Shown piece by piece: positions 38,201 to 53,200 of a stretch of 64,000 nucleotides of DNA (the stretch's first letter is position 1; each line of letters opens with the position of its first letter). A program made the position numbers and the translations under genes. The stretch is from Laetmonice hystrix (lineage: Eukaryota). Where the stretch lies: the NCBI GenBank assembly GCA_965235115.1, contig OZ249436.1, forward strand, positions 14,632,001 to 14,696,000, given 5' to 3'. The notes beneath the pieces are model-generated. The model saw nothing but the letters and a program-made list of their open reading frames with translations. It had not been told where the DNA came from and did no database searches.

Positions 38201-41200
38201 CCCTCAGCCAATTTGAATGCTATTTACTAGCATGCCTATCTGTATTCACCGACACTGCACATTCCAGGTCTCCAACGTTTTAAACTACTAGCATCTACTG
38301 CAGGTTTCAAACATTCAGCTGGTTCCCCCCTGCCCTTTATTTCCTTCTCGAGTGGAGCTCTCCGGCCTGAACATGTTACCTTGGCGAACTCTTCGTTGTG
38401 CATCATGTCCTCCAGTAGAGTTGTCATATTGTGGAAGATGTGAGGCTGAGAGTGACTCCACGAGTGACCAAACCAAACGAACTCATCTTTGTGAGCTGTA
38501 GCAGGGAAGAGACCAGCATCCACCATCAACAACAGGACGATACACGCGCAGACAGAAGCATGTCGCCCCCCCTCTCCCATACGGACAGCGCCGACAAGAT
38601 CCACCCATACCACACGAGTTGGTGGAAGCAGTGCTCACAGACATGCGCTCATCTAAAGCCTTCTATAGTTTCTATGTGTAAGCAGAACATGCACACCGAC
38701 ACAACCATAGGCTACAGGTTACACACTACGTACATTACAACTAAGATGACGTATAGGGCGAGGCATGCAGGTCCTAGACGGCGCCCCAAGGAACCTTTGA
38801 ACGTGAAGTGTTTGACTCCTGGAGGATCACAGGTTCGCCAATCATTTCAAGAAGTCTGTTCAAAGGTTTGTTTGGCACATGGGGCAACATATGATTCCCT
38901 TGGTGGTGCTGATACAAAGCGACATTAAGAACTTGTCTGTACCGAACCGCGCCACCAAAGAAATCACTAATGTTAAACAAAGCGGTATGTGAACTACCCA
39001 ACCCTGCCTACCCTAGCAGGTACAATACCTTTGACATTCGGTGCAGTGACTGTCTCAAGCTGAAAGAGATACATCTAGTAAGACCTCCAAAGACTCCGCC
39101 CTTTGCACCCGGGGGCCGGCAGATATCGTTTGTAATTTACCTGTGCAAAGCGATGGTTGAGGATCATCTCTGCCTCGAGTACGCTCACATTGTCCAACCT
39201 GTGCGGCTGCATGTGTCGCCACGTGTGAGGGAACCACCAAAACCGATCTCTCTTGGCTGAAATACAACTCTCTTGTCAGACATCTTAACTACTGTCAGGG
39301 GTGGATCCAAGAGAGGTGGACACACAAGTGCTTAACGGTCAAGTTAACGCTCTACTTGCTCAATTCCTTGGGGACCTGGGGGGGGGGGGCGTACCTCCTC
39401 AGCCTCTCACTGGACCTGTACCTGACTATAAACCTAATATCAGACTGGCAATCAAAAACCCTCCCGTCTCTCTTTCACCCTAGATTAGTTTTCATAGCTT
39501 ACTCGCCATTCTAAGTGGCTAGTTTAAGGTTATGGAAACTCCACCGCTAGTCTACAGTCTACCGGTAAATATGTCGCCATACTACAAAAATTTACAAGGT
39601 GAATAATTTCCTTTGTCTCCTATGCAATTCACATTTACATTTGGGGAGACATGGGTCTGGATAATGATCGCCGACGCGCTTATGCTGGGAGCTTTCATTT
39701 GCCATAATGAAAAGCTAGCGGTAGCTCCGTGTGTTGGCGCATCCCATCGATAGGGGAAACTGGGGGGAAATTAACGGAGTGTAATAAGGTATGATAAGAG
39801 TACGTTATATGAATATAAATATAATCCTCCTGACTTAGCTGCCTATACGTTTATTGTTCGCTTCTCGCACAGAACATTACATAGGAGATTGTGAATTACT
39901 GAGAGTACTGTTTAATCCAATGAAACCCGGAAATATCCAGATTGGTATTCATGATAGCTGCACTGTCTGTAAATCTACGTCAATGAATTAATCTGCCATC
40001 AGTTACGTCTCCAGGCATTAAGGTAGTCCCTATCGTTCATTATCAACAATTAACTACCGTCGACAGCACTTAATTTGCGGATATTCACTGAGATAGGAAT
40101 ATTATACTGCTGACATTTAACAATCAATTAGAATGGGCAACACAAGTGCCCTAAAAGTAAATACCCAATTAAAGTAAATGTAAAGTTCTCATACTGTTAG
40201 GTTTCTTTTTACAACCGTTCTTGATATATCTTCTTTCACACTGTCCAAGTGTGTTCCTTTGTAACGTTTTAATGCAAGGACATTTAGAATTGTGAGGAGA
40301 GAGGATTTCTTAAGGATTAGTACTGCTTCACCCAAGCAATCTTTGTTAGTTTTAACTGAGCTTATTGAAAATACTACAAAGTTGGGCCATGCATATATGG
40401 GTTAGCATCCAATTCAGTTAATGTGGTATTCTCAAATAAATTCAAAATCCTATCTAAATTGACATTATGTTATTGTAATCATCTGTGGTTTCATCTGGAT
40501 TCCTGAATATGGGCGCATAAAACAAAATATTATAACAATCTAAACTAATTAATGACTACCGTAATCAGATATATCATGCATCTAATTCTATACCACACTT
40601 AACATCAATTTAAAGGCAAAGCTGCAAAGTGTCCACTAGGTCTTACTCTCTATCATGCTATGGCAAATATATTCTAGAATATTACTTGGAACCAGTTTAA
40701 GACTATATTTTACACACCCTCCATGGACATTTTACTCCTGACATTTTAAATTAGTTTTGCCTCAAGGTATACAACATTAATATAATATGTTTCATGACTT
40801 TATAAAGTGGTACATTGTATTTGATTGAGTATGATGATGAATTAATTTAGTGCCAAGTTTTCCACCCATTGGTGGGTCTTCACTTGAAATAGCATAAAAT
40901 AAAAATATTATTTTCCTTAGTTACTCCCTCGGCTTTATCCTAGTATGTCCTATAAGCACTGGATTTGAGAAATCCCTTCCATTTCTACATTTTCCCAGCC
41001 CCACCTATTCCTATAAGAGGTAAATCACTTACTTATTAACATGTCGTCGCCCCTATTTTCCTCAGTTGTTCCATGGTGGAAAAACTTTCCTGAGAAGCCG
41101 AGATTAAAATGAAAGCCTGGGATGATGTGAGCAAGTCTTTCCTGTGCATTCAGCAAAGCCTGGAACATATAGAAAAGAAAATTCAATGCAATACGATGCG

Positions 41201-44200
41201 GTACTGGTTATTATTCCCATTTTATAATACGAATATGATACTGAAGGAGACACTACCAACATCGATATGATCCATGCCTCCGAGGATGAACGTCTCTAAA
41301 AGCACATCAAGTGAAACCTTTTATTACTATAGTATGATGTAAAATCACAACTTTCAATGGCTTTCAGAAACACGCTGCTTGCGGTCACGCTAGGGACAGA
41401 TTCGCAGCGCAAACGTAGCGCCCAGCTAGCCGAAGAATATTTGTGAATTCTATTACAAGCCTTCGTAATTACTTATACTGTACATTCAGGACTGTGGAGG
41501 CTGGGTATATATATACCAAATCAACCAGAGGCATTTCTGTTTGTTTCATCAACAATCGTAACTCGAAATACAGCGCCGCCGACATCTTGATGGTCTAATG
41601 TTGAAGGAAGCCATATCTGCTAATAGAGGGCGCCACAGTACTGCCAACACATCCAGGAATGCCGCCGCCTTCCCGTCATGTTGTGTCGGAACCAAGACAG
41701 ATCCGCAAACAAGAACTCTGGCCACTAATCCCTTCTCAAATGTCACGACCATTACTTGATTAATTATTAAAATGTTTGCTTTTTGTCTGTCCGTCCGAGC
41801 GAGCCGGTGTCAGTATCTGTGATGACAGGAGAAGAGTTTCATGTGGTTAGCGAGAGAGAGAGAGAGTGGCACAGACTGAAGATGAAGCAGCAAGCCCTGA
41901 TTTCATCCTGGTTATCTGGTGCTGTCATTACTGATGAGCTTGTTTGATGGATGAGACCGACTTGTCTCTGATCTTAAGACATAAGCCGAGGAATCCCCTG
42001 CCACTAATGCCATCCTAATCTCCTGTGGCCTTCCCAAACCTGGATTCACAATGTCGACATGTTAGCGTCATTCCCACAAGGTTTGGGATTACAGACACGA
42101 ATCCGTAATATTTCCACACAAAAAATAGGCCAGGAGAATATTTACACTTTTTCTCTTGTACATGACCAATTAGTGCAAGCTGGTCTCAAATAACTGTGAT
42201 AACCTTGTCTTTATCACAATGTTTACCTTCATATTCTGTGTGATCTACACATGTACATGTATAACTTCCTCTCAAACAGCTCTGTGGTCATATAAGGCAT
42301 ACAACCAGCTATGAGAAGGCAGAGAACTATCGTTTCATTTCCATCTGTTTTTTCCCAAAGGATTTTATCTACGTAAAATTGACAGTGCGTAGCTCGCACG
42401 AACTTCATTACATAGTTGCTTTCAAAAGCCTTCAAAACCGGTAGTAGTACATACGGTGCTCATCAAATCAAATGCTGCATAATTCAGCAAGAAATCCCCA
42501 AGGTGAAACCACTGATGTTTTGAATATGGTAAATAGTAACAATATTTCAAATTCGTTCAAAATAAGACAAATGTGCCCTGCCTTCTGTTATCTCCGCCCA
42601 GCTCTTTATCTCTTTGAGACTGGGTCTCAGTGAGTGTCCACTCTAAACCCCCAGTGATTGAAGTCTCATGATTATCATAATGCTGCAGTGTACAGATCCC
42701 CCCCGAATGCTGCCATACGGCAGTGATGCCGACTGGGCCGTCAAGGGGAGTTCACTGATCTGTTTCCAGAGGGACTCCTCCACCAAGACGTCCTGTCAGC
42801 TGTCATGTCGATGGAGATGGGAAAGAGACGCAGGAAAGCAATCCTTGGGTCTTCTCCGAAAGCTGTAGATGGAGGAGGTAGATTACAGAGTGACTGGTGG
42901 CGACGGCCGTAATGTAGCGATCACGGAGAGAGGGAGAGAGGAGGGGTTGGTTGGGTTCTCCTACAACTCCACTGTTCTCATTACAACGGCTGACTCTCAC
43001 CATACAACTGCTATCACCGACCGTGGGGAATCGCATCTAATCTCTTGTTTACTTGTCCTATAAATGTATACATGTACCAATTTACCTTTCACAAAGCATC
43101 ATTACGTATACAAACTTTTCCTGTTCTTCTACTCGTGACAGGTTACGTATTCTACGTAAAGGAGTCCTGTCCACCATTCTGTAAAATGTTGCAACAAATC
43201 TGAATAAAATGGAAGCAATTAAATAACAAAACAAAATCTAGACAAAATTTCTTGTTTAAATGTTAGATTCACAGTGGGATTTCTGCCAACAAGACTGATT
43301 TATTAATTTAACAATAAAACACTTCGGCTCGGCTTTTACCATGTCTACTGGATGATTCCAGCAGTTTGCACTCGGCGAGCTGATCACAAAACAACTGGAT
43401 CATCTCAAGCTGTCACACATTACCGGACACTGAATCCATACTGTACTATTACAGTAATCAGCCAATCCGGCTAACCAACACGCCCCACAATGAGCGACGG
43501 TCGCCGGTCGGCCCTGAGTGAAGCAGTATTAATCTGCCGAGTGACATTCCATAGCTTGCCTTAATTTGACGTTCTCTATAACGAGTTTATCCATCCACAC
43601 CACGATGCAGGGAGGCCTCTATCTATTGCTGCCAGGCCTCCTATTTGTCAGGATCGACCGGGAGAAACGTACCTGATAAATTGATCTCTTTATTACTTGG
43701 CACGCTTTCTCCTAAATGCACACACTTTCACGTTTTATTCTCCATGCGTGTATTTCCCTCTAATTACAGCTATGTTCCAGACTGTAGTTGTTAATCCAAT
43801 ACTCGTGGCACTCCGAGCCATCGAGTCATGCGGCACGAAGAGCGGCACACTTTCCGCTCCATTCGAAGAAAATGTCAGACCTACTTTATCACTGGCTTTT
43901 GGTTTCTCCTCAAGTATACTCTTCCATGCCGCATCGCTTCCCCCACTTACAGCCCTCGTCCCCGATCTGAGTCAAGGACCCCTCACACTGCCATCGACGC
44001 CATCCGTTAACGAAGCGGCCTGGCTGCACCGCCCGAACATGTGACGCGACTGCAACTATAGCTGCCCCAGTATTGTAACAAACGATCCGGGGGGCACCGC
44101 CCCTCAAAAACTACCTTTATTATGATTTTTTCCAAGGTTAGGCCTATTTCTGTGTATAACTCGCTCCCTGCATCATAAACCGACGGCCGTGCCGAGTATC

Positions 44201-47200
44201 ACGGTCCATTCCTCTCCATCAAGGATAGATCACAACGTCACGGCAGATCCACAATAGCATTGTATGGAAGTATTTCACTGCAGCGAAATGAAAATTTAAC
44301 TTTCTGCTATCACCGTGCATTGTTCTGTTATGACAACCAAAGCAGGCCCTCACACGACAGAGATGACGAACCTACGTTCTAAGACCAAAAGGTCTGGACA
44401 AAAGATGCATCCATGCAAGGGAAAGAGATTCCCTCACATCAGACAACCGTGGTCGGGACTGCCTCTGATGCCTTCTTAGGGCCTTTTTTGTTGTTCCTTC
44501 GGGAAGTGCTGTTTTTGCGGAAGCAAAATATTGGCTGTTGTTGATATTGTAATCGCTAACCTCCTTATCTCATACACAGCAATGTCGTGCGCCTCAAAGA
44601 GAAAAAGCGAAGTAAAGGAGCACGAGAAAAAAGGAAGATGTACAGATGAGTGACAGACCTTTGGGTGATAATGGACCCAATGGGTCGCAAGCGAAAACAA
44701 CAACTCGGGGAGCAGTTTTCCCAGCTTGTGGAACTGCATTTCCTGCCATACATACAGGCCCTATTCCTACCTTCTTTCTCCTCTTCTATAATGAGACTTT
44801 TAAAATCAATGATGTATCCCTATCATCTCATCAGAAAAAGAGACCGTTTCTACAAAGTATTTATTACCATTGATGTCAATGCAAGGAGCGCAGATGTCCC
44901 CAGTCACTCACACTGGATCCGGAGAGAAAGCAACGATTTAAAAACAAGGTCTGGTGAAGATGGCCAGAACCCCTCCTGAGAACCAATGTGCTTCCCATCA
45001 CACCTTTTTTTCCACTGGGAGCCTCCGAAGGTGGGTCACTTGGGCGCGAGTGTGTGGTGACAGACACCAAACTTAAGTAATGTTTTCAACAGTTTTCAAC
45101 TCTCAATTCTCCGCCTGAGATTGCGTGACTGCAGGCCTGGAGGACAGACACTGTACAGAGTTTCGGGAATCTCTCCAAGCGATCAGTGACACGAGGTTAC
45201 CAAACACACCAAATTTTAGTTCTTAAGTTGCAGACTGATAAATTAAGATGTTGCAGAAAAAGTTGAATTTCCCTTCCATATTTTTGCAAAATGTCTGATC
45301 AAAGCCTACACCGTAAATTACTTGAGTACGAAGGCCTAAAATATATATGGGGCGGTACGTTTTGGAGGGCACACTCCCAAAAAATTATGTCCCTTTCCAA
45401 TTGTAAGCTGGCCTCTCACAACCTTCTGACGCCCCATTCTGGGTTGTAGAGGTGGCTCACTTTGCCCACCAGATGTCGCTGTTTGCCGTACTACCATTCT
45501 GTGCATAGAATGGTCTTCTACCGGGCGACTGACGAGGCCCTGGGGACGAATGATGGAAAACAAAGTGACAACCAACAACAGGCTCATCCATCCTCTCTGA
45601 ATCACTATCACAGATTGCCCACTCCTCCATAGTCAACACATGTGGGCAGGATTTGTCCAACAAGGATATTAATCGAATTAATCTGTACTTGCAAACCGTA
45701 GCTCGTCGTATTTAGTCCGTTCATATTAGACTCATCATCGTTAGTATGTCGCCTGTAAAGGATAGCAAGCTATAACATTTACGGTAAGTACGGGAGAAAG
45801 ACTCAGCAGCTAGTCCGGTCGAGTTTTTGTGTTTCTCCAACTATTGCGACTATTTCCCCGTCTACCCCCGGTTGTCCTGAGTCGACACAACTCCGTTAGC
45901 TTCCCGGTAACCCTTTCTCCTCGCCGTACGGCCAGACAACTGGAGAATAAACACGTTCCCAGATGGCCCCTAAATATTTACCCTACAACATGGCCAAACT
46001 CTATACCCCCCACGAGACGCTGAGCAGAATGTGAGTTCTACAACTACCGACGATGGAGCTTCAAGTATCCAAGGTATTTCAACCGGCCCCTCCAGATCAA
46101 AACTTTTCTAACACATTTTGTAGTACATTAATCAAGGCAGCTGAATACCTCCTGGCGATCCAAAGAACGTAATCGATTTAGCGAGGTAATATGTAATTAA
46201 TGGAGAGAAGAAGACCAGACCCAGTCGGTATGTTGTTAAAACCACCGACGACCAATCTGACACAAGTTCTTCCCTCCTATAATACAGCGTCCCGAAAGGC
46301 TGCCCAGTCAGCAGCGCGAGTTAGCGACTACGGGTAGATTTAACGGGCATACCTTGACCTGGGCACCGTAGCACCAGTTGGTGGCTCCTGTCGATATCGT
46401 GGTAACGCGGGGCAATATTTTGCTTCACTTCTAACGGAGGGCATGGAACTTTTCAGGAATTATTTAGACTAAAATGTTTTGAAGCTGACATATCTGAACG
46501 GTTACTTTCTTTTCTAACTCATTCGGCCAAGCTTTTGTTTGTTTTTTTTTAACCTGAACTTTGGGATCACCTAATAGAAAGTGACGAGATCTCATCAAAA
46601 CTTCAATGTACAGGATGGCACCAACAAAACCACTCAAAGCCATGTGCTTAAATAAAAGTCTAACTTCTTCTTTTTAAAAGACTCTTGTTCAGAGTCAAGT
46701 TGATTGTTGACCAGTTACCATGGAAACATATTTCCCACAACCAGCCAGCCTTGCTGCCTGCAGCGGCTACAAAAGCTAGCTTACACAACGAACCACAAGG
46801 ACAAGGGACTCTGCCATGACATTTTCTTACCAAGGAATCGGTCCTCGCTGCGATACGGATTCCAGACTGCCTTCCATTGGTTAACACTACTCCTGATTGG
46901 CTATCGTAAAGGAAATTCCCATCTTAATTATTTCTGCTGCGTTGAGGTAATTGCTTCATCGTCTATTGCCTTTTTACTAATTACCTGGTGGAAAAGATAA
47001 TGAGTGAATCGATGAGATGAATCCAAAACCAAGAAAGGTTGGCGATGTTTGACGTCAAAGCCGTTCGAGTTACTAGTAAACAGAGTCTTGTTGAATGGAG
47101 TCTTCCTGTCACCAGGCCTGATTACAGGCACTGTATTCCACGCTCGCCTGTCTCCACTAGCGCCACAGTCACTGACACGTACTAATCTACACAAGAAGTC

Positions 47201-50200
47201 CGGCCAAATCTTGTCTCACGAGTTTCAAATCGCTCATCTGCAACTGAGTGCTGCACTTGCTTGCTTTGGGCTGCATTGTTGTATTATGCAATCATGTATA
47301 ATTCCGTGTCTGTTTTCTGTTATCTTAGCTTTCAATAAGATTTTATCTCCCAAAGCGGTATTATGAAACTTATATTGTATAAATGCAAAAATGCAATACA
47401 ACGATTCCTCTTAGCTACGTGAATAACGACCAAGGACAAAGCTTGGCGCCGACCTGCAATCACAATAAAAGGGACCATTCAATACATGTCCGCCTGACAA
47501 TACATTGCCATAGGCTTTCACTTGCCGCCTGCGTCCGCCTACACGAAGCCTCTCCCCTGATTCACTGCCTTCATGAAACCATGCACTAAATGGAAGGCTA
47601 ATACAATTTCAACAACTTCCCAAAAATCGTTTTCATGAAAATGCGTAATCACCTAGAACTGTGTCAAGTAAAACATGCTGAGGGTAATGCATTTGTACTA
47701 CCGGTCTGAGTGGTGGGACTGAGGAAGGTTTTCTTTATATTTTATTGCTTTATGCCTCATAACTCAAACTTATAGTTACGCCGAAGATCCTTTGGATTTA
47801 CTTTTAATTCTGCATTAAACGGCAGGAAGCCAGTCTGAAATATCTCAAAGTGGGGTCCGTTCAGTTCTTCTTGCAACATAATCGTATTGTGTTACCGAAG
47901 AATGCAAATGTTGGTCTTTGCTTGTTTCTCTTCCGGGGAGGACATTAGGCATTACCGACTCCGGTAGTACTCCATTGGACGTCTGCCATATACAAAACAG
48001 TAAGTCAAGGACAGGTCAATGAGAGAACGGATGTTAAATGTTAAATCAGTTCAATACAGGCGTTAAGAAGGCGGTGATGAATAACGAAAAGCATGCCAGC
48101 GTATTTCCCTTCAATGAACCCCAAATACGCCATGTAAAATCGTATCCATTGGCACATGTTACCACAAATATTCAATGAAGAACATTACCATTTGAACCCT
48201 TTGAAATCATTCAAAGAACGTGATGGGAAATAAGACAGAAGCGTGAATCACGCAATGGCCAGCCGCGAGTTGGGAGTCGAAGTCGCATACCGAAGAGTTT
48301 TAAACTCGTGGGATACGTGACTGTGGTAAAGCCTCAGTCACACCGGATCGTACGATTTCTGGATCGTGCGATTGGTGGCGAATTGGCCTAGGTACGACCA
48401 ATCGGCAATGTTTGCTACGATCGCCATTTGCGGTCGCATACCGCGATTGCCCTTAAGGATTGGTGGTTGGTCATCGTACGATTGGTGGTACGCGTGGTCG
48501 TGCAATTGAGGAAGATCAATTGCAAGATCAATCGTAGGTAATCGTGCAACTTGTGGTGGCGATCAGTGATCGATCGTGCGATCCATCGTGGCGACCACCA
48601 ATTGTAGGGTCGTCCAACCATTCGGGACAGGTCGTTACTGGGCGCAGTACAGATGATCGTCATACGACTGTTGGCACCACCAATCGTCAGGTGGCACGAT
48701 CAGTTGTACAACCAATCGTGCGACTGCTTGACCTGCGATCATGCAAGACTGGTGGTGCAACCATGCACGACAGGTGGTGCGACCATTATAAGACCTGTCT
48801 GCCACCTCTTACGATTTGGAATCACAGGTCAGAAGTTTTGAACACGACCACCGACTTGCTGCGACTGACTTTGCTCTGGCGATCACTCACGTTCTCTGCG
48901 ACCAATCACATGCTCTTTCTACGAGTTGCCTGCGATTTCAACATTTTTCGGTCGCAGCTAGGTCATAACCTGGTCGCAGGCCCTTAGTGACTGGGGCTGA
49001 ACATGACCATCGACGTTACTGCGATTGATTTTGCTCTGGCGATCACTCACGACCTCTGCGACCAGTCGCACGCTCTTTCTACGATTTGCCTGCGATTCCA
49101 ACATTTTACGGTCGCAGGTAGGTCGAAACCTGGTCGCAGGTCGCAGGCCCGGTGTGACTGGGGCTTGCCACCGATCTCCTTGATGACACTCGTGAGGTCG
49201 GCAATGCACACCTATTACTGGAGGTTTTCGATTTCAAGACGAGGGTCCCAGTCACACTGGTCTGTTCTGGCTCCTTCAGGCCAGACTTTCAATAGCGTTC
49301 CAATTTAGATGTACTATGTACAGATGGCGCCATGGTCGAGATTTAAATACTTTCCCTTACGGAACATGCTCTTTAACCTCGAGCCAAGCTCTCGCTGGTA
49401 GGGACGCCAACACAAAGGCGGATCCAAAGGGGGGCATCCCCCCTTTAGCTTCACTAATTATAGGCCTACACGGCTATAGCCTACTCATTTTTAATTAATT
49501 TTAACACTGACGGTGTGTCTCAGGGAAACTCCGAGCTATTATGTAGGCCTATACCTCTAAAACTCTCATTCAAGAGCATGAGCTTTAATTAGTAATGCAA
49601 ACAATCATGAATTGCTTTTCTGTGCCCCCCCCCCTTTAGTGAAATCCTGGATCCGCCAGTGCAACTGACAATACCGTTGCTGAGAAAACTTTTGTTCTTT
49701 GTACGATTAGGTGTAGAAACCTTATTGATTGTCACCATGCTTACAAAAAGTACACTTGTAGACACATTAATTTGTCCAACCATTCGTGAGAATCTCTTGA
49801 ATCAAGTAAGGTAATTGAAGAAGAACGACCTTTGTTCCAGATTCAATTGTTTCATTCAAATGTGCACCAAACAAAGTGAGGTACTTCCGGAGTCTCCACT
49901 GATGCATGGCAAATGGCGGTCATTCATCATACGCCTCACATTTCCATACTGATTTATGTTGATTCCAATTTCCCAGGTCGTCAGGTGAACACACTCACTG
50001 AATCTTCAGCGATTCATACAAGACGAGGACGAAAAAAATCGAGCCATCTTGTGTCAGTGTGGACACGGTAGAGTAAGAAGATATCTGATGTAAAGCAGTG
50101 ATTCAACCAGGGAACCTAAAACCTCAGGGTGGGTTTCCCGATGATGATATCCCATATATTCACATTGGCCCGACATGTTTATGCATTCGTCTTTGATAAT

Positions 50201-53200
50201 ACTCAAAGCAGAGCGGGACATTGATGAATTTCTCGGCGGCAGAACAAGAGACATAGTCAATGAGACCATCGTTCTTATTAGCCATTGATCACTTTGGGAG
50301 ACAGCTTTGTAAATCTGCTAGTGAAGAGTTGGATGGTGAACGTGAGACTGACAAAGCGGTGGTTGACTGTAGCGGGTGGGTGTGTATGACAGGCCGGGGG
50401 GTAGGGTGCCATCAGCCCGTCGGTGTCGTACGTGTGGCAGTCCGGGGGGTAGGGTGCCATCAGCCCGTCGGTGTCGTACGTGTGGCAGTCCGGGGGGTAG
50501 GGTGCCATCAGCCCGTCGGTGTCGTACGTGTGGCAGTCCGGGGGGTAGGGTGCCATCAGCCCGTCGGTGTCGTACGTGTGGCAGTCCGGGGGGTAGGGTG
50601 CCATCAGCCCGTCGGTGTCCTACGTGTGGCAGTCCGGGGGGTAGGGTGCCATCAGCCCGTCGGTGTCGTACGTGTGGCAGTCCGGGGGGTAGGGTGCCAT
50701 CAGCCCGTCGGTGTCCTACGTGTGGCAGTCCTGGGGGTAGGGTGCCATCAGCCCGTCGGTGTCCTACGTGTGGCAGTGGGCACGGCCGCCACCACTCAGG
50801 CGGATGGCACCCATCTATCTCTCGCTCCCACACGTAGTCCACTGATCCAGCAACATATTGAGCCAGAGAACTGCATGATCCACCCCCACTGCCAGTACCT
50901 ACAGGGTGTAATCATTCACCCGGGGGTATAGTACATGCATTGATAATCACAGTGGAGGATCAATGTACGGGGGAGCAGGGCGAGTGTTGGGGTGGGTCTG
51001 ACATGTCCTAATGTGTTAATGTTAATGCGGGCCAATTGTAAACGGGTGAGAAGGCAACATTTGCATATTACAAAATGTACTGCACTTCGTGATTCTCTGT
51101 CATCCATTACAACAGGTTTCACATATAATACATGCTTAATGCCTAGAAATGTCCTAACCGTAATCTTTCCAAACCTAACAATCGCCGTTATATGTCAAAG
51201 TAATCTCCACCTTATATCACTGCCATTTCCCTGACGCCATGTTATTCGTGTAACACTAGCATTACAAGACGAAAGCAAACCTGTCGTTATTGGCTAGTCA
51301 TACAGTTCACTGATGCCGGAGGCGACATATGCAACAACTTATCAACGACCTCACAGTCTGAGCCCAGTGGTGTTCAAGGTATCAGAGGCGACATATGAAG
51401 AGATTGATGAGTCTTTCTGGTGGAACAACTTTGATACCTTACGGTATCTAGATACCTTAAGCCAAGGTCATAACAATACACTCTCCACCTTGGATATTTA
51501 ATTATAACATTTTGGGACGATATACTTGTTACAATTGTCTGATTCTCTGTAGCACTGCATTACAAGATATGAACCGTCATTACTGAATCAAAAATGTGCT
51601 GCACAGAAACACTTTTCAGTGAATACTGGAAAGGTCCCATTTACGTTTAACTAAGGTAAAATGGCCTGGGATTCTCGGTATGTGTTTAAGACCGACTATT
51701 AAACTAAGACTTTGGAAAATTTAATGTGTGTATGTACACGCTACCGGTAGTCACCCTGATCCCAATCCCTTAGTGCAGACATCTACATGTCAGATTTTCA
51801 GGTTGGAATCTGGCGACAATACCATTTTACAAGCTACACCTGTGCAGCAGTCCCCTTAATGGCTTTCTTATTTCTATGGCGCGAGATATTTATGGTGAAA
51901 GCCTTTTCGACCGGGCTATCCCCCAGAACGGGGCCAGCTTTTCTGTTTTTATTGCTTCGTGCTGAGAATAAAGGTAGAGATGTGGCGACAAATCTCCCCT
52001 AAGACTGTTATTCCGTCCCTGGCCGGCTCCCGTGTGTCAGCCCATAAAGGGTCGATGTGACTGACCATTGTAAGGTGTTGGTGAGGTGGGCTTGCAGCAT
52101 TGTGGGAGCAGTGGATCCCAGGGAGAAGTATGCCATCCACAGCCGATCTCTGACAACCTGAGCCTTCACTCGGAGGTTGGTTCCGCCACCCGTTTTATTA
52201 CCTCCACGCCTACACGTCATATACTTCCCACACATACCGCCCAGGGGCAAACTACATGGATCTGGATGTTCGGCTAAATATAGAAAAATGTTTGCTTTGA
52301 AATATCATCTCCTCTGTCTATATATCGCACGCTAAATAACCCTTAGATGTCAGATTACATTTCGTGGAACCCATAATGAAGACGGTTCAAAGTTTAGTCT
52401 TCAACCGGTGACGCCAATATCTTTAGAAATCTCAGCCGGTGACGCCAATATCTTTAGAAATCTCAGATTTCTAAGTTGCGTGCTTCATGTTATTTATAAT
52501 TTCTGCTATTTTACCCGTTCTGGGTCAGATTCCATCCGTTCTACATCATGGATGAGACCTCTGAGCCGAAATTGCACCAAAACGGCTTCAAAATCTTCGG
52601 AAATGTCATGAGGTGTCGGAGATGAGCCTGGAATTACTCACTTGGGATTATGTTAAGGGTCACTTTACGGTCACCTAGAGTCTCTGAACGCCAAGTAGGC
52701 TTAAATTGTAAATGTTGCCCAAGCTTGCACCCTGGCAAGCTTTAATGAGCAAAGACTAGAGTAGGTCGGTTCTCAATGACAAAAATAGGATCCTCTGTAA
52801 TTAACAGCCCTATGGGGAGCTATTGTCACCTGAGCCCAGGGCTGGTGTGAAATAACCCTTCAAAAGAGCGTCACTGAGCTCAGAGTCTTTGATAATCAAA
52901 GCTAAGGCAAGAACTGGATCTCGTCTTGTCCTTTCTTCACGTCCCTTTGTCCTTGTGCTTCCCACCAGTCTATCTGACGGATCTGGCATCACGTTGTCGG
53001 CCACCTGAACAGGTGAGGTTACGAAGGTCAGGTGTGTCGGCTTGAGGTCAGGTGTGTCGGCTTGAGAAGGTCAGGTGTGTCGGCTTGAGAAGGTCATGTG
53101 TGTCGGCTTGGGAAGGTTAGGTGTGTCGGCTTGGAAAGGTTGTGTCGGGTCTCCTTGGCGGGTGACAGATGTGTGATGGACACGGGACCCGCTGTCACAG

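Noticed and set aside
50260-50931. 223-aa ORF with [16 protein letters not shown] repeats and overlapping ORFs
   Set aside because: It is a product of the 48-bp repeat, open in multiple frames on both strands, with no recognisable protein family.
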